Part shown: one piece after another, positions 6,560 to 15,023 of the stretch
How the letters are laid out: every line of letters begins with the position of its first letter
Numbering within the stretch: the first letter of the stretch is position 1
NCBI GenBank assembly: GCA_045614625.1
Contig: JAZLDE010000106.1
Span: forward strand, 1 to 54,949
Source of the DNA: Eubacteriales bacterium
GTDB taxonomy: Bacteria > Bacillota > Clostridia > Oscillospirales > CAG-272
Reading direction: 5' to 3'
Length of the DNA stretch: 54,949 nt
The notes under the pieces: model-generated
The model's input: the letters and a program-made list of their open reading frames with translations, nothing else
What the model was told of the DNA's origin: nothing
Database searches by the model: none
Made by a program: the position numbers and the translations under genes

Positions 6560-9550
6560 TCAAGCGTCAAAGGCGGCGGTCAATTCCCGTGCCAGCGTCT
6601 GCATGCGCTCCTCGTCCACTTTGACGACGCGGCGGTCGTAGGTGACCATGCCGTTGACCTCGTCCTCAACGTCGCTGACCTGGGTGAGTACAAGGGCGCA
6701 CAGATTGGTCGTGCGAAGGGCGGGGACGATCTGCTCGCGATACAAGTTCTCCAGCCCCTCGGTCAGCGCCTCGGCACTTTCAAAATTGCGGTAGCCAAAG
6801 CTGTGGTCGGGATTGAACAGATGATCCTTTTCCGCGTAGCAGTAGCCGCCGAACTCGGACAGCACGACGGGGCGCTCGGGGTTCGTCTTCAGCTTAACGG
6901 GGCGGAAATAGATGTGCTCACTTTGCACGTCGCTGTCCTTTTCAAAGAACCAGCCCGACGTCGCATCCCACACGCGCGAAGGGTCGAGGGCTTTCAGCTC
7001 GCTATAGATGCGGTCGGCGTCGTACTGCCCCCAGCCCTCGTTGAAAATGGTGTAATAACACACGCAGGGGTGGTTGTAAAGCAGATCGACCGTTTCGCGC
7101 GCCGCGCTCTCAAAGGCGGCACGGCGACGGGGGCTTGCCTTATGGGAAATTCCCTTTTTGAAGCCGATCGTAGGCAGCGCCGTATCGATCACAAAACTGT
7201 ATTTGCCGCTGTTGACCATGTCTTGAAAGACGACCATGCCAAGTCGGTCACATTCATAGTAGAAAATCTCGGGCTCGATCTTGATGTGTTTGCGCAGCAT
7301 ATTAAAGCCCAGCGACTTCATGGTTTGAATGTCGTGGCGGTATCCCTCGGGCGAGGCGGGCAGATAGATGCCGTCGGCAAAATAGCCTTGGTCAAGAAGA
7401 CCGTGGAACAGCATGGGGCTCCCGTTAAGCCCTATGACGGGGCCGTTTTTGCCCTCGCCGATATCGACCGTACGCAGAGCAAAATAGGATCTCACCTCGT
7501 CCTCGCCGGCGCGCAACGTAAAGCGGTAGAGATAAGGATCGTCGGGCGTCCAGAGGTGAACGTCGTCTGGCGTGAGGGTGAAGGTGTCGCCCTCAAAATC
7601 ATATGTCTTGTCGCCGCTCTCGGCGTGCAGGATCATCGTCTTGCGCACCTCGCCGCCCGTGATCGTCAGCGTCGCGCTCGTCAGCGTCGTGTCGATGCGG
7701 ATGCGCTCGATGTGCACCTTCGGCACGGCCTCCATCCACACTGTCTGCCAGATGCCGCCGGTCGGGGTGTACCACATGCCGCCCCGCTTCTCTCTTTGCT
7801 TACCATATGGCAATTCCTCATCCAAAGGGTCGCTCACCGCGACAGTGATCTCGTTCTCGCCCTCGCACCACGCGTCGGTTACGTCCAGCGCGAAGGGATG
7901 GTAGCCACCCTCGTGCTCGCCCACCCGCCGACCGTTCACAGACACGGTACAAATCTGATCAACTGCACCGAAATGCAGGATCAGTCGATCCTTTGCAAAG
8001 CCCTCGGGCAGAGTGAGGGTGCGGCGATAGATCAAAACGTCGTTCTTTTCAAAGGTCTGTCCGATACCGGAAAGACGCGACTGGGGTACGAAGGGCACCT
8101 TAATCGTGCCGACCCGATGCTCTTCCCCCGCGCGAATGACGGACAGCGACCAATCGCCGTTGAGGCAGAGATACGAGTCGCGCTTCATTCCGGGGCGGGG
8201 ATACTCCTGCCACGGGGTGTCGCCCATGTCCTCCTCAAACGGGGTGGTCAAATTCTGCAGACGGGGCTTCTTCTTGCCCTTCATCCAAAGAAGGAGCAGG
8301 AAAATGGGCAGAGCGACGATCAGCGCCGCAACAAAGATCGACGCGTTGGGCACGAAGGAGGTCGTGCCGTCGTTGTTGGTGATCAGCTCGGCATCGGCCA
8401 GCACGGTCTTGCCGATGAAGGGGCCGACAAGACCCGGAATGAGCACCTGCGAGAAGATGCGCACGCCCTGCAGCATGCCCGCCTTGCCCGCGGGAGTATA
8501 GTCGCGGATAAGCGCACCGAACACAGCCATGCCCGAAAGATAGCCGCACATCATCAGCAGCGAGCCGACGAACACCAATACCGTACTCCGGAACAGCAGG
8601 AGCAGCACGTAGCCTAAGCACAGCCAGATCAGCGCAGGAATGGCCGACTTCATAAAGCCCTTTTTGTCGTACACCTTGCCCCAGAAGAAGGTGACCACGG
8701 CGGCCAGCACGATGGCAGGCGCCATGATAAAGACGTAGTTGCTCATGCCCAACGACACCTCGTAGTAAAGAATGAGGTAGGGCATGAAGATCTGAATGGA
8801 AATGTTGAAAACGATAAAAATGAGCAACGCACGGTACAGCGGCGCGTTTTTCTTGACGGTCGATGGACGGAAGCCGTAGAAAATGTTATAGAGATAGCCC
8901 GTTTCGCTGGGAGTGATCGGAGCGTCCTTGATGATAAAGCAGCCAAGAACACCAACGCCCAGCGTCAGTGCGCCGATGATGGCGAAAATGTAGGTCCAGC
9001 TGGTCGACTCGTTCAGATCAAAAGCCATAAAGCCGCCAAATACCGCGAGGATCGCCACCAGCGGCATCATGGCGTTGATGCCCTCGGCGGCACCGCGACA
9101 GGACTCGTCGGTTGAGTCGGTCAGCCAGGCGTTAAAGGCAGCATCGTTGGCGGTCGAGCCAAAAAAGGTCATGACGCAGTCCATGAGAATGACCAGCGAC
9201 ACGCCCACCGTGGCGGCGCTGACGGTCATGGGAACAATGGCCTCAATGACGTCGAGACGAATAAAGACGAAGCTGAAAATGGAAATGCCCCACAAAATGT
9301 AGCCGCCGCACATAAACAGCTTTCGCTTACCCACGCGGTCGGAGAGAGCGCCCATAAAGACGGTCGTCAAGGTAGCCGCGACGGCGCTGGCCATGACCAT
9401 GGCGGAGATATCACTCGGCGTGGCGTTGAACATTTTGTAGATAAAGACGTTGAAGTACATGTTCTCGACGACCCAGGCGATCTGGCCCATGAGGCTAAAG
9501 ACAGTCAGAGCGACGAGGAAGCGGGGGGAGAGCGTACGTTTTTGTTTCAT
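6560..9550 (-). CDS. fusion protein: N-terminal 12-TM MFS/GPH-type sugar transporter plus C-terminal glycoside hydrolase family 2
   Basis: Residues 1 to about 440 contain about 12 hydrophobic helices by eye, plus a GALSDRVGKRK loop. From about residue 455 there is a GH2 sugar-binding domain (LHFGAVDQICTVSVNGRRVGEHEGGYHPFALDVTD) and a TIM barrel (FNMLRKHIKIEPEIFYYECDRLGMVVFQDM) with acid/base FNEGWGQ and nucleophile VLSEFGGY. RBS GAGGAGA. Confidence 0.8.
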   Translation of the reverse strand: MKQKRTLSPRFLVALTVFSLMGQIAWVVENMYFNVFIYKMFNATPSDISAMVMASAVAATLTTVFMGALSDRVGKRKLFMCGGYILWGISIFSFVFIRLDVIEAIVPMTVSAATVGVSLVILMDCVMTFFGSTANDAAFNAWLTDSTDESCRGAAEGINAMMPLVAILAVFGGFMAFDLNESTSWTYIFAIIGALTLGVGVLGCFIIKDAPITPSETGYLYNIFYGFRPSTVKKNAPLYRALLIFIVFNISIQIFMPYLILYYEVSLGMSNYVFIMAPAIVLAAVVTFFWGKVYDKKGFMKSAIPALIWLCLGYVLLLLFRSTVLVFVGSLLMMCGYLSGMAVFGALIRDYTPAGKAGMLQGVRIFSQVLIPGLVGPFIGKTVLADAELITNNDGTTSFVPNASIFVAALIVALPIFLLLLWMKGKKKPRLQNLTTPFEEDMGDTPWQEYPRPGMKRDSYLCLNGDWSLSVIRAGEEHRVGTIKVPFVPQSRLSGIGQTFEKNDVLIYRRTLTLPEGFAKDRLILHFGAVDQICTVSVNGRRVGEHEGGYHPFALDVTDAWCEGENEITVAVSDPLDEELPYGKQREKRGGMWYTPTGGIWQTVWMEAVPKVHIERIRIDTTLTSATLTITGGEVRKTMILHAESGDKTYDFEGDTFTLTPDDVHLWTPDDPYLYRFTLRAGEDEVRSYFALRTVDIGEGKNGPVIGLNGSPMLFHGLLDQGYFADGIYLPASPEGYRHDIQTMKSLGFNMLRKHIKIEPEIFYYECDRLGMVVFQDMVNSGKYSFVIDTALPTIGFKKGISHKASPRRRAAFESAARETVDLLYNHPCVCYYTIFNEGWGQYDADRIYSELKALDPSRVWDATSGWFFEKDSDVQSEHIYFRPVKLKTNPERPVVLSEFGGYCYAEKDHLFNPDHSFGYRNFESAEALTEGLENLYREQIVPALRTTNLCALVLTQVSDVEDEVNGMVTYDRRVVKVDEERMQTLARELTAAFDA

Positions 9551-9599
9551 GATGGTCTCCTCGGTATGATTTTCTGCTTTTATTATACCGCGTGGAGGG

Positions 9600-10745
9600 A
9601 GGTTTGTAAAGGGGGAGAGGGGGGATTGGCTGAAATTTCAAGCTCCTTCTCCTTTTGACGCTCATACTGCGTGACTGCGTCACGCGCTGAGCTGTTCCGG
9701 TTTTCAATGCCGCTTCTTGGCACGCCCCAAGAAGCGGCGGAAGAAACGCGCCAAGACGTTCCCTCTTGGATCTCCCCTTTCGTGCCGCTCTTCAAAGAGA
9801 ACAGCGGAGAAAGACATCTACGCTCTTTCTACATCTCTCGCCACGCAGCCACCACGAGCGGCAGGCGAAGAAAGCAAAAGGCCTTGCGGGGTGCCAAGGG
9901 GTATTAGACCCCTTGGTTCGGTTCTTGGCTACTTCTTGGGGAATGCCAAGAAGTAGCATAAAATACTATCACCGAGCGCCCATTTCGCCAAGGCGAAATA
10001 CAGAAGTTTTGTTCGTCCGCTAAGCGCGGGCGTCATGCAAGCATGAACACAAAACTTCGCGCGCAGCAGGGCGAGGCTGTAGGAGAAGTCTTTGACTTTT
10101 CAAACTGCTTCTCCTTTTGACGCTCATACTGCGTGACTGCGTCACGCGCTGAGCTGTTTGATTTTGATGTTCATTCTTTGGCACGCGCCAAAGAATGAAC
10201 CAAGAAAGCGCGCCAAGGGGTCTAATACCCCTTGGATTCCCGCAATGCGAAAAGGTCGTTACGCTGTCGCTCCACTCATCTTTTCGCAAAAGATAGCATC
10301 TTCAGCGTTTGTGTTTGCAAGTTAAAGAAACTTGCAAACACGAAAGGCGCACGCAAGTGAAATAGCAAAAGCTTTTACTGTTTGTTACGCAACCTATGAA
10401 AACTAAATTTTATACAAAAACGATTTTGCCTCCTCTACCCGCCGCTCGTGGTAGCTATGTGACGAGAGTTGCAGAAAACGTTCTGATGTCTTTCTCGTCC
10501 TGCTTTTTGAAGAGCGACACGGAAAGGGAGGCTCGGAGGGAACGTCCGAGCTGGCAATGTTTGCGCCCGCGCGAAGCGCGATGTTCGCGTTCAGCGAACA
10601 AGCAAACTTGCGATTTCGGCTTGCCGAAATCTGTTTTCTTTCGTCCTTTCTTTGTTCAGCGACAAAGAAAGGACATATAATACCTGCACAGCGCACGCGC
10701 AAAACTGTGTGCGCGTCCGTAGAAGCAGTTGTAAAAAACAAAGCT
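9600..10745. repeat. mosaic hairpin-rich intergenic repeat, locus B (three elements: two direct, one inverted)
   Basis: The three elements are B1 at about 9640-10090, B2 at about 10100-10400 and B3 at about 10400-10740 (inverted). Heads lie at 9646 and 10108, with a reverse-complement head at 10711-10725. Perfect hairpins lie at 9709-9738, 9928-9957, 10169-10200 and 10643-10674. See findings. Confidence 0.85.
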
Positions 10746-10790
10746 AGCCCCCTCCCCCACAAAAAAAGGACGCCTCCGCGCCCTTTTTTA

Positions 10791-10997
10791 TCAATTCTCC
10801 GTCGAAAACTCCTCGCCCGTCACCAGATAGTGAATCGAAACGTTAAAATACTCCGACATCTTGACCAGCATTTCCAAATCGGGATTTCGCTTGCCCGTCT
10901 CGTAATACGACAGCGCTTCCCTGCTGATATTGAGATCCATCGCCACCTTCAGCTGGCTATATCCCCTTTTTTTTCGTATCTGCCGCAAGCCCTTCAT
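10791..10997 (-). CDS. XRE-family helix-turn-helix transcriptional regulator (68 aa)
   Basis: The sequence MKGLRQIRKKRGYSQLKVAMDLNISREALSYYETGKRNPDLEMLVKMSEYFNVSIHYLV is a canonical HTH_3 pattern. Confidence 0.85.
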   Translation of the reverse strand: MKGLRQIRKKRGYSQLKVAMDLNISREALSYYETGKRNPDLEMLVKMSEYFNVSIHYLVTGEEFSTEN

Positions 10998-11035
10998 GCC
11001 CTGAAAAATCCTTTCACTTGAATTTTCAAAACCTC

Positions 11036-11100
11036 TTGACTTTATTGTAACAAAATGTTACAATAAATATGTGACAGTTTGTTACAATAAATAGTAACAA
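11036..11100 (+). promoter_or_regulatory. promoter of the 11140 gene overlapped by two operator-like palindromes
   Basis: TTGACT (11036-11041), a 17-nt spacer, then TACAAT (11059-11064). Palindrome TTGTAACAaaaTGTTACAA at 11045-11063 overlaps the spacer and -10 box. A second palindrome TTGTTACaataaataGTAACAA is at 11079-11100. The direct repeat TGTTACAATAAAT occurs at 11056 and 11080. Confidence 0.6.
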
Positions 11101-11139
11101 CATCTGCTTGCATACAAGCAAAGAAACAAGGAGGACACT

Positions 11140-11739
11140 ATGAATCAAAATCTTAACTTGGGCGCTCAAGCAAACGTCAAAGAAAACGTGCTTGCAGGTA
11201 TCGTCGGCGCATTTTTGTTTGCCCTTGCGGGCGGTGCGCTGTGGTTTGTGCTGTATCTGGTCGGTTTCATCGCCGCCATCAGCGGTCTGGTCGGCGTCAT
11301 CTGCGCGATCAAGGGCTATAGCGTATTCGCAAAAAAAGAAAGTGTCAAGGGCATCGTCATCGCGGTCGTCATGACACTGCTCGTGATCGTCATCGCCTGG
11401 TACTTCTGTTTGTCCTACGACGCATATATCGCTCACCAGCAGTGGTTTGAAGAGGGTGAGATCGACTACACCATCACATTTATCGAGGCCGTTCGCGGCT
11501 CGCATATTTATCTCACCGATCCCGACATCGGCCCGAGCTATTGGGGCGATCTGGGTCTTGGTCTTTTGTTCTGTGTTATCGGCGGCGGTAGCTACGTTGT
11601 CAACAAGATCAGAAACGCCAAAGCAGCGGCGGCCTACAATGCCGCGGTAGCAGCACAGCCCGCCACGACCGAGCAAGACGATTTTGCCTACGCGCAAGAG
11701 GAACAGCCTAAAGCTGACGAGAACGAAACGCAAGAATAA
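11140..11739 (+). CDS. membrane protein of unknown function (4 predicted TM helices, acidic C-terminal tail)
   Basis: RBS AAGGAGGA. Hydrophobic helices include AGIVGAFLFALAGGALWFVLYLVGFIAAISGLVGVICAI and IVIAVVMTLLVIVIAWYF. The gene is divergent from the XRE gene. Confidence 0.7.
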   Translation: MNQNLNLGAQANVKENVLAGIVGAFLFALAGGALWFVLYLVGFIAAISGLVGVICAIKGYSVFAKKESVKGIVIAVVMTLLVIVIAWYFCLSYDAYIAHQQWFEEGEIDYTITFIEAVRGSHIYLTDPDIGPSYWGDLGLGLLFCVIGGGSYVVNKIRNAKAAAAYNAAVAAQPATTEQDDFAYAQEEQPKADENETQE

Positions 11740-11751
11740 GCGTCATCACAT

Positions 11752-11785
11752 AAAAAAAGGAAACCCCGCAGGGTTTCCTTTTTTG
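11752..11785. terminator. bidirectional intrinsic terminator
   Basis: AAAAAAAGGAAACCCCGCAGGGTTTCCTTTTTTG lies between the convergent genes ending at 11739 (+) and 11787 (-). Confidence 0.8.
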
Positions 11786-11786
11786 T

Positions 11787-12821
11787 TTATTTGCCGTAAT
11801 CCTCATACACTTCCTTGAGTCTATGCGGGTAGTCCGTCATGATGCCGTCAGCTCCGATCTCGATCAGATATTCCATATCCTCTTTTTCGTTGATCGTCCA
11901 GAAATGCACGGCCAGATTGTGCTTATGTACCGACTTGACAAATCCCCGCGTTGCCAGCTTGATGCCGTACTCCTCCATGGGAAGCTGGAACACGCACATC
12001 TCATCGCCAAAGAACACGTCCATCTTCAGCATCTGCAGCACAAAAAATTCAATGCTTGCGCCATAGGCAGGCGAGTACATAAACTCAGCGGGGACTTCCC
12101 CTGCTTTTTGCAGGCGTTGGAATTCGTCGTACAATTCCTCATGGAAGCTGGCAACGACCACGCGATCAAAGGCGTCGTGCTTCTCCAGCAGATCGATGAC
12201 GGCCGCAAGCGCGCGCAAGCCCGTCTCGCCCGACTGCTTGATCTCCACGTTGATACGGTTATTCGGGAACGCAACGATCAGCTCCTCCAGCGTTGTGGCG
12301 AGGAAGACCGTTTCATGGCGAGGCGAAACGCCCTCGGGGTACTCGACGTCGGTGGGGTATTTCTCCTGCCCGTCGGGGCCCTTGAAATGCTTGCGCTCAC
12401 CCGACAAGCAGTCGTTGCCGTCGGTGGGGTTAGTGTAACCAAAGTCGACCTCTTGGGCGATCAGATCGCTATAGTTCCAGTCGATGATCGCGCCCGTGAC
12501 GTTGGTCTTGCGGTCCAGCGTCGTATCGTGCGACAAAATGACCACGCCATCCTTGGTGATGCTGACGTCGGTCTCCATCATCACGCGCGTGTCAACGCTG
12601 TAGGCATTGTAAAACGCTTCGAGCGTGTTGTCGGGAAATTCTTTATTTCCGCCGCCGTGGGCGATGAGAATGGGCAGCTCGCCCTCCTTTTGCATGGGAT
12701 TGTCCAGCTTAAAATTGTCCCCGCGCGGAAGCAGGGCAATGATGCCCCAGACAACGATCACGCAGGCCAACACCAGCGCGGTAATTTTCAGTCCTTTTTT
12801 GTTGGATTTTCTTTTGCTCAT
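11787..12821 (-). CDS. glycerophosphodiester phosphodiesterase family protein, N-terminal TM anchor
   Basis: GDPD motifs are present: ILIAHGGGNKEFPDNTLEAF and METDVSITKDGVVILSHDTTLDRKTN. The N-terminal helix is ITALVLACVIVVWGIIALL. Confidence 0.8.
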   Translation of the reverse strand: MSKRKSNKKGLKITALVLACVIVVWGIIALLPRGDNFKLDNPMQKEGELPILIAHGGGNKEFPDNTLEAFYNAYSVDTRVMMETDVSITKDGVVILSHDTTLDRKTNVTGAIIDWNYSDLIAQEVDFGYTNPTDGNDCLSGERKHFKGPDGQEKYPTDVEYPEGVSPRHETVFLATTLEELIVAFPNNRINVEIKQSGETGLRALAAVIDLLEKHDAFDRVVVASFHEELYDEFQRLQKAGEVPAEFMYSPAYGASIEFFVLQMLKMDVFFGDEMCVFQLPMEEYGIKLATRGFVKSVHKHNLAVHFWTINEKEDMEYLIEIGADGIMTDYPHRLKEVYEDYGK

Positions 12822-12836
12822 AGGTGGTTCCTCTCC

Positions 12837-13406
12837 TTATGTACGTTCTTTTTTCTTTCCTTTGATAAATTGGGTGTATCCTTCGTTCTCCTTGAACAAA
12901 GAGATCAATTCTTCAGGGATCGTGCGCGTAGCCGGAACGTCCAAATATACCGTCACAGCGAAATGCGATCCCTCCAGGTAGTCTATCGTAGCGGGAACGT
13001 TCTTCAGCCATGATGACAAGAACAATGCCTGCGACGACGTTGGTACAAACAACGGATACCGCTCGCAATCACGGTCTACAAGGTGCGCGGAAAACGATCC
13101 TCTGTAACCAAGCTGATACCGTGCAACGGTCAGCGTGGTTTTCTTCGACATCAAACGATGATTTTTCAAATCGCACCGCGCGACACGCCACGTTTTGAGA
13201 TCACGGAGGATAAAAACGTATGGCATTGCAAGCGCGCCAAGGTAGGCAAGAGCAAACAGCGCAAGATTCCATCCAATATCATCCGCAGAAGCAATTGCTA
13301 CTGCCGCAACACAAATAGCCCAGAACGCCAACTCAAAAGCGATGAGCCTCTTGACGACACGGTACCGCCGCTTCACTATCTTTTTCGCCTGCGCCATATC
13401 CGGCAT
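12837..13406 (-). CDS. hypothetical membrane protein
   Basis: Two N-terminal hydrophobic helices and RBS AAGGAGAGAAGG. I recognise no family. Confidence 0.6.
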   Translation of the reverse strand: MPDMAQAKKIVKRRYRVVKRLIAFELAFWAICVAAVAIASADDIGWNLALFALAYLGALAMPYVFILRDLKTWRVARCDLKNHRLMSKKTTLTVARYQLGYRGSFSAHLVDRDCERYPLFVPTSSQALFLSSWLKNVPATIDYLEGSHFAVTVYLDVPATRTIPEELISLFKENEGYTQFIKGKKKERT

Positions 13407-13442
13407 ATCCTTCTCTCCTTCGCGGCAAAATTTCTTAAAACC

Positions 13443-13471
13443 ATTATATCACACCACCATTTTGTTGTCAA
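13443..13471 (-). promoter_or_regulatory. consensus sigma-70 promoter
   Basis: The minus strand reads TTGACA (13466-13471), a 17-nt spacer, then TATAAT (13443-13448), with TGA directly before the -10 box (extended -10). Confidence 0.65.
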
Positions 13472-13482
13472 GAAAAAGAGAA

Positions 13483-13510
13483 ACAGGGGGCCTATCAAAG
13501 CCCCCTGCCC
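13483..13510 (-). terminator. intrinsic terminator
   Basis: The minus strand reads GGGCAGGGGGCTTTGATAGGCCCCCTGTTTCTCTTTTTC, directly after the stop of the 13511 gene. Confidence 0.65.
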
Positions 13511-13945
13511 TTACAGAAACTGTCGAATATCCACCGCGAGCTGCTCTTCGAGATTGATCAGCCTCTTGGTGATGTCCTTGCTCCGCTCGTCGGCCGCCTC
13601 GTACTGATTGAGATAGCGGTTGAGCGACTTGACCCCCATATTACAGCCGTCCGTGATCAGATCGGCAATGGTCTTGTCCGACTCCTTGAGCCCCAGCTTG
13701 ACGTTGGTCTTCATCCAGGACATGCCCTTGGCGACGGGGTTGGGGTCCTTACCCTCGTCCCCGAACTTGTCCAGCTGCTCCTGAATCTCACAGCCCAGTA
13801 CGTTATGCTCACGCTTGCACTCGCGCAAATAGCCGTCCAGCTTGTCCGAGCGCACGTACGCCTGCACGTCGTCGATGGACTGCACCCCCATCTTGACACC
13901 CGCGTCACATTCGCGCAACAGCTTGATGGTATCTTGTTCTATCAT
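13511..13945 (-). CDS. hypothetical helical protein (144 aa)
   Basis: ORF 13511..14014. I moved the start to ATG 13945 (MIEQDTIKLL), which follows CAGGAGGTAAGT. The predicted fold is all-helical; no family assigned. Confidence 0.6.
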   Translation of the reverse strand: MIEQDTIKLLRECDAGVKMGVQSIDDVQAYVRSDKLDGYLRECKREHNVLGCEIQEQLDKFGDEGKDPNPVAKGMSWMKTNVKLGLKESDKTIADLITDGCNMGVKSLNRYLNQYEAADERSKDITKRLINLEEQLAVDIRQFL

Positions 13946-14055
13946 ACTTACCTCCTGATTGTTTGGTAGCAACAGTTTGTGCCGAAATGCACCGTGCCAT
14001 ACATAAACCGCCACATTTTCCTCATACTAACCCCAAACGAAAAAAGGAGAATCTC

Positions 14056-15021
14056 ATGTGTACCGCCATCCGCGACCGCCATTTGTTCGGGCGCACGCTC
14101 GATCTGGAATGCTCGTACGGCGAGCAGATCACCCTCACCCCGCGTGCTTTCCCGTTTGATTTTCTGTACGAGCCGCCTACGGAGCGCCACCTTGCCATAA
14201 TCGGCACGGCGCACGTGGCAAACGGCCGACCGCTTTATTACGACGCCGTCAACGAAGCGGGGCTTTGCGTCGCCGCCCTCAACTTTCCTGCCTGCGCCGC
14301 CTACCATCCGCCCCGCGCGGGCGCGCACAATCTCGCCTCGTTTGAGTTCATCCCCTGGCTGCTCAGTCAATGTCAAACGCTCGACGAGGCGAAGTGCCTG
14401 CTTCGCGATACCGTTATCACGTCCGACCGGGCGGCGGATGATCTCCCCGCCACGCCGCTCCATTGGATGGTTGCTGACGCGAGCGGTGCTATCACGGTCG
14501 AGTCGGTCGAGGACGGACTCAACATTTACGACAACAGCATCGGCGTGCTGACCAACAGCCCGGATTTTGCTTATCACATGACGCATCTGGCCGATTTCAT
14601 GCATCTGGACAGTGCGCCGCCTCAAAATACCCTTTGCCCCGCGATCGATCTGCCCCACTATTCGCGCGGCATGGGCGCGATGGGGCTGCCCGGCGACGCA
14701 TCCTCGGCCTCCCGCTTCGTTCGCGCCGTGTTTGCACAACATCACACCCGGTGCGAGACGGATGAGACGGCCGCGGTCAACCGCTTTTTCCACGTCATGG
14801 ACACCGTTGCATGCCCCCGCGGCTTCGCCCTGAGTGACAGCGGCCGCCCCATCTATACCGTCTACACCTCCTGCGCCGACACCGCGCGCGGCATCTATTA
14901 TTTCACCACCTACGCCTGCCGCCGCATCCGCGCGGTGCGATTGAATGATTTTGACCTCGACGCCGCCGCGCTGACGAGCTTTTCCATGGATAGCGGGGAG
15001 GACGTGGCGTTTTGGAGATAG
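14056..15021 (+). CDS. choloylglycine hydrolase family (bile-salt hydrolase / linear amide C-N hydrolase)
   Basis: The start MCTAIRDRHLFGRTLDLE gives the Cys2 Ntn nucleophile, after AAAAAGGAGA. Also present are NEAGLCVAALNFP and GLPGDASSASRF (the GxPGD.sS..RF motif). The track ORF begins upstream at 13963. Confidence 0.8.
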   Translation: MCTAIRDRHLFGRTLDLECSYGEQITLTPRAFPFDFLYEPPTERHLAIIGTAHVANGRPLYYDAVNEAGLCVAALNFPACAAYHPPRAGAHNLASFEFIPWLLSQCQTLDEAKCLLRDTVITSDRAADDLPATPLHWMVADASGAITVESVEDGLNIYDNSIGVLTNSPDFAYHMTHLADFMHLDSAPPQNTLCPAIDLPHYSRGMGAMGLPGDASSASRFVRAVFAQHHTRCETDETAAVNRFFHVMDTVACPRGFALSDSGRPIYTVYTSCADTARGIYYFTTYACRRIRAVRLNDFDLDAAALTSFSMDSGEDVAFWR

Positions 15022-15023
15022 AG

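Noticed and set aside
9600-10745. Whether the repeated hairpins could be a CRISPR array.
   Set aside because: There is no constant-length direct repeat alternating with unique spacers. The repeats are heterogeneous modules in both orientations and are scattered over many loci. No cas genes are present in the window.
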